Shown: piece after piece, positions 29,176 to 39,648 of the stretch | Position numbering within the stretch: the first letter of the stretch is position 1 | How the letters are laid out: each line of letters starts with the position of its first letter | Source of the DNA: a virus | IMG/VR virus record: IMGVR_UViG_3300024261_000014 | Location: 19,880 to 83,879 of that record | DNA length: 64,000 nt | Reading direction: 5' to 3' (one strand) | Notes under the pieces: generated by a model | The model's database searches: none | Told to the model about the DNA's origin: nothing | The model's input: only the letters and a program-made list of their open reading frames with translations | Translations under genes and position numbers: made by a program

Positions 29176-29678
29176 TATGATTTCTCGAAATTAAAAAACT
29201 TCCTCACTGCTGCAGAATCTGGTGTAACCCAATTACTACCATTGGTTGCAGTCTGTTTAGGTGTTGGGATATAATTATCACTCAACAACTCTTCAAACTC
29301 AAACCAATCCAACATATGTACTTCACAATCGTGTAATCGTTCCATACTATGAATAGATTCCCTAACTTCCTTACTTAAACCACTATATGGATGTAAGATA
29401 TGGATAGAACCACCAGCAAGTTCATACTTTCGTACATACTTATCTACTTTGGTTGCTATCTTCTCATCTATACTTCCAGCAGTTCCAGTACTTACACAAT
29501 CCAAATACACCCTACCAAATTTAGTACTGATTCGGAAATCTATACCCCTATTTGGTGTATAAGTGTAGTGTATCTTTTTATTATTAAGGTATTCTTCTAC
29601 TTTATCTTCAAGTTTCTTACCGCGTTTATTTGCAGTATGAATCCCTAATTGGGCTTTATCAAGTATATTATTTGCCAC
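29175..29678 (-). CDS. putative PD-(D/E)XK restriction-like endonuclease
   Basis: GKKLEDKV, IDF, YLDC, GSIDEK; GTG start; stop overlaps the MTase start. Confidence 0.5.
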   Translation of the reverse strand: MANNILDKAQLGIHTANKRGKKLEDKVEEYLNNKKIHYTYTPNRGIDFRISTKFGRVYLDCVSTGTAGSIDEKIATKVDKYVRKYELAGGSIHILHPYSGLSKEVRESIHSMERLHDCEVHMLDWFEFEELLSDNYIPTPKQTATNGSNWVTPDSAAVRKFFNFEKS

Positions 29679-29688
29679 TTTTGACTCC

Positions 29689-30420
29689 TTATGTCACTTG
29701 TTGGGTTGCAACCAAGAAATATTGTGATTTATAATCATCAATATTAAAACTGATTGTAGCTAATCCATCTGAACTAACCTTTAATACAGCTTTCTCACAT
29801 TCTTTATTTGCAGTTAAAATATTTGCAAACATATTTGCGTTAAATGAAATAGGTTCAGTATCACTAAACTCTTCACACTCAACTGGTATTGTTACCCTAT
29901 TAGTTGCAACATTACTGAATCCGATAACTACTTTTGCACTATTATCTTTTGCAATAATAGTAAATGTATCGGTATCAGGTAACGCACCTTTACCACTAAT
30001 AAATGTATCAATGAAATACCTATCAATCTTCAATTCTAATTCGAATGTTGATGGTAAGTTTTTAAGTTCTGGTGGTGTTGGTATAACTGACAAATCACTT
30101 AACATATACTTTGTATGTGTACCATGTTGCGAGTCTTTCATATTAACACTCACAAACTTATCGCCCATTTTTTGTAAACTAAAATCTACATCTTCTTCTA
30201 AGATGGATAGTAGTGATACTAATTGCGAAGTGTTGTAAACTCCAATATCTGATGCTTCTATATCATCGAAGTTGTCCAATACTACCGACCCCACTAATGA
30301 TTTATCACCACTAATGAACCTTGTAGCCAATTGTTTTCCATTGGATGACCATTTTACTGATTTAATTTCACCACCAAGTGAATACTTGTCGATAAAACGA
30401 ATTAGTTTTGTTTTATTCAT
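29689..30420 (-). CDS. sliding clamp (T4 gp45-like)
   Basis: IGVYNTSQL.., VSSDGL; 243 aa, located between PolB and the clamp loader. Confidence 0.75.
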   Translation of the reverse strand: MNKTKLIRFIDKYSLGGEIKSVKWSSNGKQLATRFISGDKSLVGSVVLDNFDDIEASDIGVYNTSQLVSLLSILEEDVDFSLQKMGDKFVSVNMKDSQHGTHTKYMLSDLSVIPTPPELKNLPSTFELELKIDRYFIDTFISGKGALPDTDTFTIIAKDNSAKVVIGFSNVATNRVTIPVECEEFSDTEPISFNANMFANILTANKECEKAVLKVSSDGLATISFNIDDYKSQYFLVATQQVT

Positions 30421-30496
30421 AACCTTATTGTCCTTTTGTTAATAGTTATTACTTATTGTTTCCTATGTATATACATATATACCAGAAATCTCAAAA

Positions 30497-33001
30497 TCAA
30501 AAAAATCTTTCAATACTTTGCTGTTTATCTACGACGGCTTCCCACCCCAAACTTTCGTAGAACATTCCTATCTTTTTACTCATTGCTTGTTCAAACATCT
30601 TAGTATGGTCAATGTTCGTTTTAATAAAATCTAATATTTGAGGCGGGTCCTCATATCCTTTATAACCAATTACATCAAATCCAAATTCATTATTCTTTAG
30701 GTAAACCCACCTAATCTTATTACCATTAGTAATCTTCTCATACTTTCTACCTTCAAACCAATGATGTAATATAGAATTATAATTTATTGCTGCTTTAACA
30801 TGGACTGGTGCACCCTTTTTATATTTACTGAATGATGACTCTTCATCTTTAGAAATATATTTACCTATACCTTTTACTCCGATAGGATTTGCCAATACAC
30901 TATAATGTAGCATATGTAGATTCCTCTTAAACTTACTGATTCTTTCATCAATCTTTTCCTTTGGAACATCTGCCAATATATCATCTAATACATTTTGTAA
31001 TAAATCTTTCATCGCAGGAGCAAAATTACTTCTGACTGTATCCAAACCTTTTACTTGTGTTTTGTTTACCTTTCTACCAGCATCATTGATGATTCGTAAA
31101 CCATATCGTTTCTTCGTTACGAACAAACCTGTCTTTGCGATTACCTCTTGTTTGATATCAAACACGTGTTCATCTATATTCAAAAATTTCTTGGCGAAAT
31201 AATCGTAACTTAAATTTAGATAATCTTGTACCTCTCCACATATCTCCATAATTCTTTGTGTCATCATAGTTTCAGATAATTTCTGATTTGGAAACCTTTT
31301 CTCAACTAATGGTACTGCGGATGCGAAAATAGAATCTGTATCAATATAGATAACATAATCCTTATCAGTACCTAACTCTTTATTATAAAAGTGGTTGGTA
31401 ATTTTCTTACTGAACTTAATCAATGATTGACCTGTGGTTGTGGTTGCTTCTGCATTATCTAAATCATAAAATCTAAATACTGGTAATCCCAATACACCAT
31501 ATAATGAATTTAGAAGAATCTTCTGAAGATATTGTCTCCTATCAAAATATTGAGATTTCTTTTTATCACCTTGGTCGTGAAACTTCTTCACAAGTTTTCT
31601 CATCTCTACTCGTTCATTAAACCACTTTGTGAGTAGAGCAGGAATCAATCCTTGTTTATCAGTACGATACATAACCCCATTACTTGATATACTTAATCCA
31701 GTCTCATCTAAATAACTCTCCAGTTCTGTATTGGTTATTTGTTGTATTTCCTTACCCTTTGTGTTAATCATAGAATAAGTTTTCGTATGTCCTGTCTTTA
31801 GATACTGGTCTACATCCCATTCCAAAACCTGCCCAACCTTAGTTTCAGGTGAGATATTCAATGAACGAATAACACTTGGATACATACTTGTGATATCTAA
31901 ATCATAAACCCAATCGTGTTTACCTTTTTGTGGGTCTTGTACATATGCACCAGAGAACTTTTCATCATCCCCTCTTCGTTTAGGATTTCTTGGTTTGTTT
32001 GGTGCAACAATACCCATCTTTTTTAAATAAACTAATATCGCACCCTCTAAATATCTTGAACTCATAAACACATCTTCATATGGGACATGTCCTAAATGTG
32101 CTATACCACAAGCAACTCCGATATAATCCAACTTATCATTTAACTCCACAAGAATACGAACATCTCGAATGTTATAATCTATAAACTTCTGTAAATCATT
32201 TTCAAATAAATCATTGAGTGTTCCATCATACTCAATTTTCTTCATACCAACTTCAACTTCACCAATGTAATCTAAACGATAACTTGATTGTTGAATTGGC
32301 GAGAACTTTTTATATAATGCAAGATAATCTAACACACTAACACCTGCAATAACAAACTTCTTTTTGTATTCATTGTAATAACAATGTCTGATAGGTGATA
32401 GCATCTTTGCAACTTCTGAACCTAAAACTCTGACTGTTCTATTATATAGATACGGAATATCAAAATAATCAATGTTCCACCCACTTAATATTGTAGGATT
32501 TATTTCTGCGTATTTCTGATAAAATCTTGTCAATAATTCGTTTTCAGTTTTAAATAACTCTACTGATGTATCACCATTTTCATAATTTTGTATAGTATTT
32601 TTAGAATCTAAAGTATAACATATATACTTTTTCATTATCTCATCATATATTGCAATAGATGTAATTGCAGTTTCTGCTTTTTCTACATCTGGAAAACCAT
32701 CAACCACTTCCACCTCGATATCAAAATAGAAAGTTCTATTTCCCTCTGCAACATCATCCGAATCCGTGTATTGGTCAACTAAAAATCTTGTAGTGATTGG
32801 TACATCACTCTCATATAAACCTGGGTCATCATCATCCCAAGTGTACACCTTTTTAACTTTACTACCATCAAGTGTATGATGTAAACCACTTGAATGTTTT
32901 ACATATGCGTATTTTTTATAAGGTACAATAAGATGGCCTCTTCTGTCATCCCAAACATGCACTTTGTTTTTTCTCTTATCATAAAAAACATTTTGATACA
33001 T
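30497..33001 (-). CDS. polB: family B DNA polymerase (T4 gp43-like)
   Basis: FDIEV exonuclease motif, DLDITSMYPS, KILLNSLYG, YIDTDS, KKRY. Confidence 0.97.
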   Translation of the reverse strand: MYQNVFYDKRKNKVHVWDDRRGHLIVPYKKYAYVKHSSGLHHTLDGSKVKKVYTWDDDDPGLYESDVPITTRFLVDQYTDSDDVAEGNRTFYFDIEVEVVDGFPDVEKAETAITSIAIYDEIMKKYICYTLDSKNTIQNYENGDTSVELFKTENELLTRFYQKYAEINPTILSGWNIDYFDIPYLYNRTVRVLGSEVAKMLSPIRHCYYNEYKKKFVIAGVSVLDYLALYKKFSPIQQSSYRLDYIGEVEVGMKKIEYDGTLNDLFENDLQKFIDYNIRDVRILVELNDKLDYIGVACGIAHLGHVPYEDVFMSSRYLEGAILVYLKKMGIVAPNKPRNPKRRGDDEKFSGAYVQDPQKGKHDWVYDLDITSMYPSVIRSLNISPETKVGQVLEWDVDQYLKTGHTKTYSMINTKGKEIQQITNTELESYLDETGLSISSNGVMYRTDKQGLIPALLTKWFNERVEMRKLVKKFHDQGDKKKSQYFDRRQYLQKILLNSLYGVLGLPVFRFYDLDNAEATTTTGQSLIKFSKKITNHFYNKELGTDKDYVIYIDTDSIFASAVPLVEKRFPNQKLSETMMTQRIMEICGEVQDYLNLSYDYFAKKFLNIDEHVFDIKQEVIAKTGLFVTKKRYGLRIINDAGRKVNKTQVKGLDTVRSNFAPAMKDLLQNVLDDILADVPKEKIDERISKFKRNLHMLHYSVLANPIGVKGIGKYISKDEESSFSKYKKGAPVHVKAAINYNSILHHWFEGRKYEKITNGNKIRWVYLKNNEFGFDVIGYKGYEDPPQILDFIKTNIDHTKMFEQAMSKKIGMFYESLGWEAVVDKQQSIERFF

Positions 33002-33033
33002 TTATGTTGTAATCTCCGAATTTATCATATCTG

Positions 33034-33063
33034 AATATAACACTAAAACCATATACTTGTCAA
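33034..33063 (-). promoter_or_regulatory. sigma70-like promoter TTGACA-N18-TATATT upstream of polB
   Basis: AAAAAAGTACTTGAC context identical to the 18327 promoter. Confidence 0.7.
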
Positions 33064-33080
33064 GTACTTTTTTGATAAAT

Positions 33081-33103
33081 GGGGGATATTTTTTCAATCC
33101 CCC
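33081..33103 (-). terminator. possible terminator hairpin after the TonB receptor gene
   Basis: GGGGGAT / ATCCCCC stem; weak U-tract. Confidence 0.4.
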
Positions 33104-33114
33104 AAATCACCATT

Positions 33115-35853
33115 TTAAAAATCAATAGTTAATCCTATGTTTGCATATCTTGGTGTTCCAAGAAATACTTCAGAATTATGAGCTAAGTGAAGTTTATCAC
33201 CATACCCATTGTATTGACTATTATCAACTGCATCTTGTACATAAACTTCATCAAGTGCGTTAAAGATGTGACCTGTAATAGTCAAATCTAAACCAGCAAT
33301 ACTTGGAAGTTTGTAAGATGCGTGTAAATCAAGTTTTGAGTAACCAGGAGCTTCCCAAACTTGTGTTCTATCTGCAACTCCATCAGAATCCACTTCTCTT
33401 GAACCAGGACTCCAATCTGCATAGTTCTTATCATATACATTGTAAAGTGCTTGTACTCTCAATCCCTTAATAGGTTTAAGTGTTACACCCAATATATAAG
33501 ATGATTGTGGTTGGTCACCAACAAATAACCCATCAAGTGCATATGCATATTCAGTAGTTTGATAACCAATTACTTGGTTGTCATCGTTATATTGAGATTC
33601 TTGGTAAGTACCATTGGCATCACCATCGAACTTCCAACCACCGAAAGAAGCAATCAAATCAAGTTCTACCATTTCGTGTGGTAATACTTTTACTTCAACT
33701 TCTGTACCTCTATGTTTCTGATTAACACCTCTTAAAAAGATTACATCAGTATCACCTGAATCTCCTTGACCCGTGTCAACATTACGAGTAAGGTTTCTAT
33801 CTTTCCAATCTGTGTTATAAGCAGATACTTTCACGGCAACTTTATCGTTTGCATATCCAACACCAACTTCTGTTGATAAGAATTTCTCATTGTCTGGGTC
33901 GGATGCGACCGTACCAGAATAATCAATTACATTATCAAGAATTGGTGCTTTTTCCACATATCCTGAATTTATAAAAGTAGTAACACCATCTAACCATTCA
34001 TAGTGTACTCCACCTTTAACTTGATATGATGAAATAGCATCAGCAGTAATTTTCTCGTTTTCTACTGAAAAATGGTCTTGATATGAATATTTAATAGATG
34101 ATATTCCACCCATTCCATATACATTTAGATTATCTTTCGTGTAGTTACCTTGAACAAATCCACCTAACCAATCGACAGTAGTAGTGTTATGATAAGCAAT
34201 AATATCACCTAACCCAACAACTTTTCCATCTGGTGCATTGTCATCAGCAAAATCAACATAGTAATCACCACCTAATAAATCACGAACTTCACGAGCGTGT
34301 TCTATTTCAGCAGTTCTCCAATCGATACCAGTTTGAAATTCTAAATCTTCATTAACTTTATAATTTAATTTAGAAATTAATCCATATGTATCTTGTCTGT
34401 TGATTGAGTTTCTAAGAATACCTGTAGAACGATGGTCTGTTTCAGAATAATCAGCATCGATATTAGTACGATTCTGTTCAATCTCTCCATTCCAATCCCA
34501 CATCCAAGGCGAACTTGAATACCAAGCATTATCTGCTACGGCTGGTGTTCTCATTACACTACCATAAGTTCCTGTTCCACCACCTGAACCACCACTCCAA
34601 TAAAGAACTGATGATAATTTAGTTTTATCATTTATCTCTAAAAAGTGATTTAGATTCACTAATGGTTTATGGAAGAAATTCTCCCTTTCATTAAGAAAGT
34701 TTGAATTTTTTCTTTTGGTTGTGTTTGCTCCATACATATACCAATATTGTTCTCCAGTATAGTCGGAACTAACTGGTGCCCAATTTTGACTAAAGAATCT
34801 ACCAGCTTCAGTTTCGAATTTGTTACCCTCTGCAAAAGCATCAGTATCATATCCGTCAATATCACTTGCTAACTCTTGTGAGTAAGTAGCAATATTCTGT
34901 TTGTATAGATTTTGTCCGTGTCTTTGTGGTGCACCGATTGCGTACAACTCGAATCGTTGTTTATCGGATACTGCATAAGAACTTCCAAAATAATAAGCCC
35001 AAGCATCTGTCCAGTTTCCATCAATGATACCATCACCAGTCTTACGAACAATTGTTCCAGCCAGTGCAAGTTTATCACCAATCAAACCTGAATTGTAGTT
35101 AATAGTAGTTTTAATAAAACCACCATCTCCTGCTTCTTGTTTGAACTTACCACCCTTTTCGTATTTAGCAGGGTCTGTAATGATATTCATAGTTCCACCA
35201 ATAGAAGGTGTGGCAAGATTTACAGCTGATAGTCCTCTTTGTAACTGAATTGATTGAGCAGCATCTGCAACCCCATCCCAATTACTCCAATAAACCCATC
35301 CGTTCTCCATATCATTTTGGGGAACACCATTAATCATCACCGCAACATTTCTTTGGTTAAACCCTCGTACATTAATACGAGCATCACCAGCACCACCACC
35401 TTGTTGAGTTGCATATACACTTGGTGTAGTATTCAAAGCCATTGGAACATCTTGACTACCAAGTCTAAGTTCCATTTCTTCTTTACTAACCATTGAATAA
35501 GCAACAGGTGTTGTTGCAACAGCTCTTGAAGCCAAAACTTCAACATCTGTTAGAGTAAGAGCATCAATTGCCAAAGCAATATTCACTTTTACTTCACTAT
35601 CACCCACAACAACCTCTTTAGATTGAGATGAGTATCCTATGAATGAAGCAGTAATAGTATAAGTTCCAGCTTCTACTGAAATTGTAGTAAGACCTGTCTC
35701 GTTAGTAACACCACCGAGTTCAGTTCCCTCTACCACTACATTTGCTCCAACCAAAGGGTTATATTCAACATCTTTAACATCAACAACAATGGATTGAGCG
35801 AACAATCCTGTCATCAATACGAAAGATGCTATTAGTTTACGATATATATTCAT
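33115..35853 (-). CDS. TonB-dependent outer-membrane receptor with N-terminal carboxypeptidase-regulatory-like domain
   Basis: Signal peptide, PLVGANVVVEGT..G, plug motifs (RINVRGF, MINGVP, GGTMNIIT), C-terminal NALD..Y..GTPR....GLTIDF. Confidence 0.92.
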   Translation of the reverse strand: MNIYRKLIASFVLMTGLFAQSIVVDVKDVEYNPLVGANVVVEGTELGGVTNETGLTTISVEAGTYTITASFIGYSSQSKEVVVGDSEVKVNIALAIDALTLTDVEVLASRAVATTPVAYSMVSKEEMELRLGSQDVPMALNTTPSVYATQQGGGAGDARINVRGFNQRNVAVMINGVPQNDMENGWVYWSNWDGVADAAQSIQLQRGLSAVNLATPSIGGTMNIITDPAKYEKGGKFKQEAGDGGFIKTTINYNSGLIGDKLALAGTIVRKTGDGIIDGNWTDAWAYYFGSSYAVSDKQRFELYAIGAPQRHGQNLYKQNIATYSQELASDIDGYDTDAFAEGNKFETEAGRFFSQNWAPVSSDYTGEQYWYMYGANTTKRKNSNFLNERENFFHKPLVNLNHFLEINDKTKLSSVLYWSGGSGGGTGTYGSVMRTPAVADNAWYSSSPWMWDWNGEIEQNRTNIDADYSETDHRSTGILRNSINRQDTYGLISKLNYKVNEDLEFQTGIDWRTAEIEHAREVRDLLGGDYYVDFADDNAPDGKVVGLGDIIAYHNTTTVDWLGGFVQGNYTKDNLNVYGMGGISSIKYSYQDHFSVENEKITADAISSYQVKGGVHYEWLDGVTTFINSGYVEKAPILDNVIDYSGTVASDPDNEKFLSTEVGVGYANDKVAVKVSAYNTDWKDRNLTRNVDTGQGDSGDTDVIFLRGVNQKHRGTEVEVKVLPHEMVELDLIASFGGWKFDGDANGTYQESQYNDDNQVIGYQTTEYAYALDGLFVGDQPQSSYILGVTLKPIKGLRVQALYNVYDKNYADWSPGSREVDSDGVADRTQVWEAPGYSKLDLHASYKLPSIAGLDLTITGHIFNALDEVYVQDAVDNSQYNGYGDKLHLAHNSEVFLGTPRYANIGLTIDF

Positions 35854-35937
35854 AAATCGTCTCCTCTGTTTGTTTTGTTAAGACACATTTTTTACCAGGT
35901 GTGTCAACTGCCTGTGTATGTGAAATCATACACATAT

Positions 35938-37974
35938 TTAGTTTGCGTAATCTTGGTCATCATTATCACCAGTCGTAGGTGTGATTTCTATATCACAAAA
36001 ATCACCATCACAAAACTTCTCTACATTAGCTTCTTCTGCTTTGATTACACCAAAGTTTAGTTTACCTAATTTCTTAACATCTTTATTATATTGGTTTTCA
36101 TCAATTGCTTCATATGGCATTTGTTTGTATGCTCCATAATCATGTCTTGGTAGTAATGAAATACCCTTCAAATGATATTGGTAATAGTTTAATACTTGTG
36201 GTATCATTTCTCCCTCTGTTTCAGGATTAAATGTGACCGTACAACTTACTTGATTATCAGCCCAATGTCTTTGCATAAATGCTGCTAATGAGAATTGTTC
36301 CCATATGGATAACTCTCCGACTGTTCTAATTCCCTCTCCTACATCGACAGGAACTTCAACAACCATAGTGGTATCCTCTGAACCAAACGCAGGTTCTACT
36401 TTATATCCTGCCTTTTTCAAAGGTTCTAACAAATCTGAATGTTTCGATACTCTAATTCTTCTTGTATAGAATCTTGATTCTGGATAATGTAATCCAGGTG
36501 TTGAACCTGCTAATAGTGATACTGTCCCACTTGGTTTAACACTTGTAGTCTTAATTGATTTTGGTACTGCAAACCAATCTGAATACATTTTATCCCACTC
36601 TTGTATGGTATCATATCCATCTTCCAACCAAGTCTTTAACTCGTGTAATCCACGATTAGTTATGAACTGAGCAATTCCACTCACACTACATCCAATTCTT
36701 CTGTTTCTCAACATAACTCTATTTGTATCACTCCAATGAGTTCTACCAAGTGTTACAGTTTTTGCATACAAATATGCATATTTTAAAGTTCTTTTATAAT
36801 CCTCTAATGAGTCGTGATTGTTTGGGAATGTTTCCACTAAACAACATAATTCATAACTTTCTAATGATTGTTCTAAACAAGGATTACCACCCGCAACTCT
36901 ATGGTCTTTATCATCTCCACCATTCTTCATACGAGAGTATTTTCTCATGTTGTCTAACCACGCAAATCCAGGCTCACCATTATCATTAATTCTTTTTGAT
37001 GCCTCTGTATAATCCATACCGAGTTCTGCAAATATTGAATTATTAGACGTCCAACCATATTGTTCTCTGTGTGGATTTACTTTATAATTCTTTAAATCTA
37101 AGTATTCTTCTGAATTAGGGTCTCCAAATACAATCTCAGCAGTTCTTCTAACATTTCCTGCCACTACACACTTACCGATTAAATTCATAATATCTACGAT
37201 TGTTGTGATTGTTATTGGTTTTCCACTATTAGCTTCTAATGTTTCTCTAACAGTCTCGTGTACTTCCATTAGTGGTTCAGGACCTGAACTTACTCCACCA
37301 AAACCTTTGATTGGTTCACCTGCTAATCTGACTAAACTATAATCAAATACAACTTCTCCCTGTCCGTGAAAATAACTTTCTAATAAAAGTTGTAATGATT
37401 CTACCCAACCCTCACGAGTATCTGGTATTTGAAAGTTTTGTTCATCTCGTTTGATATCAATACCTTTAATATCTATCTCTCCAGCACCTTTAGTATCAAA
37501 TCCTACTCCAACACCTAACATTGAAGCATCCATAAGGAAACAAAATGGTTTTGCGTAATCTTCTTTGATTGTTTTAGTGGATACGAATGCACAATTGTTT
37601 AGTGCTGCATACAAACCCTTTTCTTCTGTGATTGCTGTTCCCATCGCCCATAAACCACGACCTGGTGGTAAGAACTTCATTGTAAAGATTCTTTCGTACA
37701 TATCTTGTGCTGATTTTTGTGCTTGCCATGGATTCCAACCTAATTGGTGAGATTCAATCCAATTCATTTGCATTGTATAAGTTCCCTCTACAACTCTTTT
37801 GACGGTTTCCCACCATCTCTCGTTTTTCCCATCTTCTTTAATACGTGAATACGTTCTCATATAAACTAATTCACCCAACCCATTGAAACCAAAAGGCGGT
37901 TTCTTTCTTTTATACTTATTAATAAAATTTTCTGATAATTTAAACTTATGCGTACCCATTTTAAAACTCTCCAT
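35938..37974 (-). CDS. nrdJ: class II (adenosylcobalamin-dependent) ribonucleotide reductase, monomeric RTPR type
   Basis: PPGRG, NNCAF, GNVRRTAE, NPCLEQ, TSVKPSGTVS, C-terminal CxxxxC. Confidence 0.93.
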   Translation of the reverse strand: MESFKMGTHKFKLSENFINKYKRKKPPFGFNGLGELVYMRTYSRIKEDGKNERWWETVKRVVEGTYTMQMNWIESHQLGWNPWQAQKSAQDMYERIFTMKFLPPGRGLWAMGTAITEEKGLYAALNNCAFVSTKTIKEDYAKPFCFLMDASMLGVGVGFDTKGAGEIDIKGIDIKRDEQNFQIPDTREGWVESLQLLLESYFHGQGEVVFDYSLVRLAGEPIKGFGGVSSGPEPLMEVHETVRETLEANSGKPITITTIVDIMNLIGKCVVAGNVRRTAEIVFGDPNSEEYLDLKNYKVNPHREQYGWTSNNSIFAELGMDYTEASKRINDNGEPGFAWLDNMRKYSRMKNGGDDKDHRVAGGNPCLEQSLESYELCCLVETFPNNHDSLEDYKRTLKYAYLYAKTVTLGRTHWSDTNRVMLRNRRIGCSVSGIAQFITNRGLHELKTWLEDGYDTIQEWDKMYSDWFAVPKSIKTTSVKPSGTVSLLAGSTPGLHYPESRFYTRRIRVSKHSDLLEPLKKAGYKVEPAFGSEDTTMVVEVPVDVGEGIRTVGELSIWEQFSLAAFMQRHWADNQVSCTVTFNPETEGEMIPQVLNYYQYHLKGISLLPRHDYGAYKQMPYEAIDENQYNKDVKKLGKLNFGVIKAEEANVEKFCDGDFCDIEITPTTGDNDDQDYAN

Positions 37975-38086
37975 TTTTTGTCTTTTCTTTTATTTTCTTA
38001 TACCCATAATACATATAGTATATACTACTTAAATACACCATTATTTTTGAATTATTTAATTTTTTCTTTGAATTTTTTTGGAAGTT

Positions 38087-39448
38087 TTATTCAAACCCTT
38101 CACCATCAAAATCTTTTTTCTTTTGTGCCAAGGTTTTACGTAGATACTCATCTGCATTATTCATTTTACCTTGGGCCTCTTTTCCACCTTGTGAGCTGGT
38201 TTCGTAGATTTGTATGAAACCTGTATTGGTATTGATGGTTGCTGGAAATGTAATTCCATCAGGCCCAAATCTATTTTTAATAACGTGGAATCTACCTGTA
38301 TTTGCTATCTTATCTTCTACTTTTCTACTCATACTCATTACAAAATCTGATGTCATCACCTTGCTATAGTCCTCACTAACTTTTGATGCATCAATAACAT
38401 CTTCTTCTAACGCAGAACGATTTGCTTGCGATGCAGTCCATACTGGAATATCAAACTCTCCTGCCATACCTCTTAGTTCTTCATAAACGTGTCCAATTTG
38501 ATGTCTTTTTTCTGTGAAGTTAGATGTTGATTTCATAATATCTGCATAATCCACAATAACCATATCTGGTTTTATACCTTGCAATTCACATTGTTGTAAA
38601 TGTGCTACGATTGAATTTACACTTGCAGTTCTCGTTGGCCAATACTTGATAATTAAGTTACCTTTTAATTTATCAATTGCTTTCTGCACTTCTTCTTTAT
38701 AATATTGTAAGTTACCCGTTGGTTGTCCACTAACAATTGTATCATATCGTAACCCAACATACTGAGCATTTAACTCTAATGTATAGTGAATTACGGTCTT
38801 ACCTTGTTTAACTGCATGAGCACCAATTGCCTGTAGTGTCCAAGATTTACCGATACCAGCAGGGGCAACAATCACTCCAAGCTCTCCACCTGCTAAACCA
38901 CCATCCATCAAATCATTAACACTATCCCATGCGGTTGGCATAACTATTCTCGCTTGTTGACTCATTCTCTCTTCAAAACCAGTAATGTATTCGTGTCCGA
39001 TATCCCTTTCCATACCAGCAGTCATTGCTTTGTCAATTATACCTTTGATTTCATCATATCGATGAGATTCTAATAATTCAACTGATTGCATAATCGCACC
39101 CTTAACAACTTGATTCTTACAAAACTCTAATGTTTGTTCTTGAACAAATGGTAAATCTGTTGCTTCTCTATAATTCCAAGCATTTCGTAATGAATCAACA
39201 ATTGTGGTTTTTAATGTAGGATTATCTACCTCTTCCAGTATAACCTTAACTGCTTCCATTGTTGGTGGTGTTTTGTATTTAACAAAATATTCTTTGATAG
39301 ATTTTATCAGATATTTATTAGAATCCGTATCAAAATAACTTACTTCTAATATTTCTATAATTTGTTTTGTAAATTTACTATCAAGTAATAAACTTGTAAT
39401 TATTTTTGACTGGAACGATGTTCCATATTGTATTAAATTTTCGCTCAT
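38087..39448 (-). CDS. DnaB-family replicative helicase (T4 gp41-like)
   Basis: APAGIGKS, YTLEL, VDYAD, TASQANR, KNRFG. Confidence 0.93.
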   Translation of the reverse strand: MSENLIQYGTSFQSKIITSLLLDSKFTKQIIEILEVSYFDTDSNKYLIKSIKEYFVKYKTPPTMEAVKVILEEVDNPTLKTTIVDSLRNAWNYREATDLPFVQEQTLEFCKNQVVKGAIMQSVELLESHRYDEIKGIIDKAMTAGMERDIGHEYITGFEERMSQQARIVMPTAWDSVNDLMDGGLAGGELGVIVAPAGIGKSWTLQAIGAHAVKQGKTVIHYTLELNAQYVGLRYDTIVSGQPTGNLQYYKEEVQKAIDKLKGNLIIKYWPTRTASVNSIVAHLQQCELQGIKPDMVIVDYADIMKSTSNFTEKRHQIGHVYEELRGMAGEFDIPVWTASQANRSALEEDVIDASKVSEDYSKVMTSDFVMSMSRKVEDKIANTGRFHVIKNRFGPDGITFPATINTNTGFIQIYETSSQGGKEAQGKMNNADEYLRKTLAQKKKDFDGEGFE

Positions 39449-39459
39449 TATAACCTATA

Positions 39460-39648
39460 TTAAGTATCCAGATTCGTGTACAAATCTTGGACTTTTTTAT
39501 CATAAAATTCTTTTCTTTTCTTATCACGATACCTTTGTCGTGCTTTTGCTTTTAAATCTTCAGCATTACGCATATAATGTTCCATCTGCCACTTTCGTTG
39601 AGCATCCTGACGTTCTTTATCGGTATGGTATTTACGTTTTCGTCCCAT
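39460..39648 (-). CDS. small basic protein
   Basis: MGRKRKY...; overlaps the upstream gene. Confidence 0.55.
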   Translation of the reverse strand: MGRKRKYHTDKERQDAQRKWQMEHYMRNAEDLKAKARQRYRDKKRKEFYDKKVQDLYTNLDT

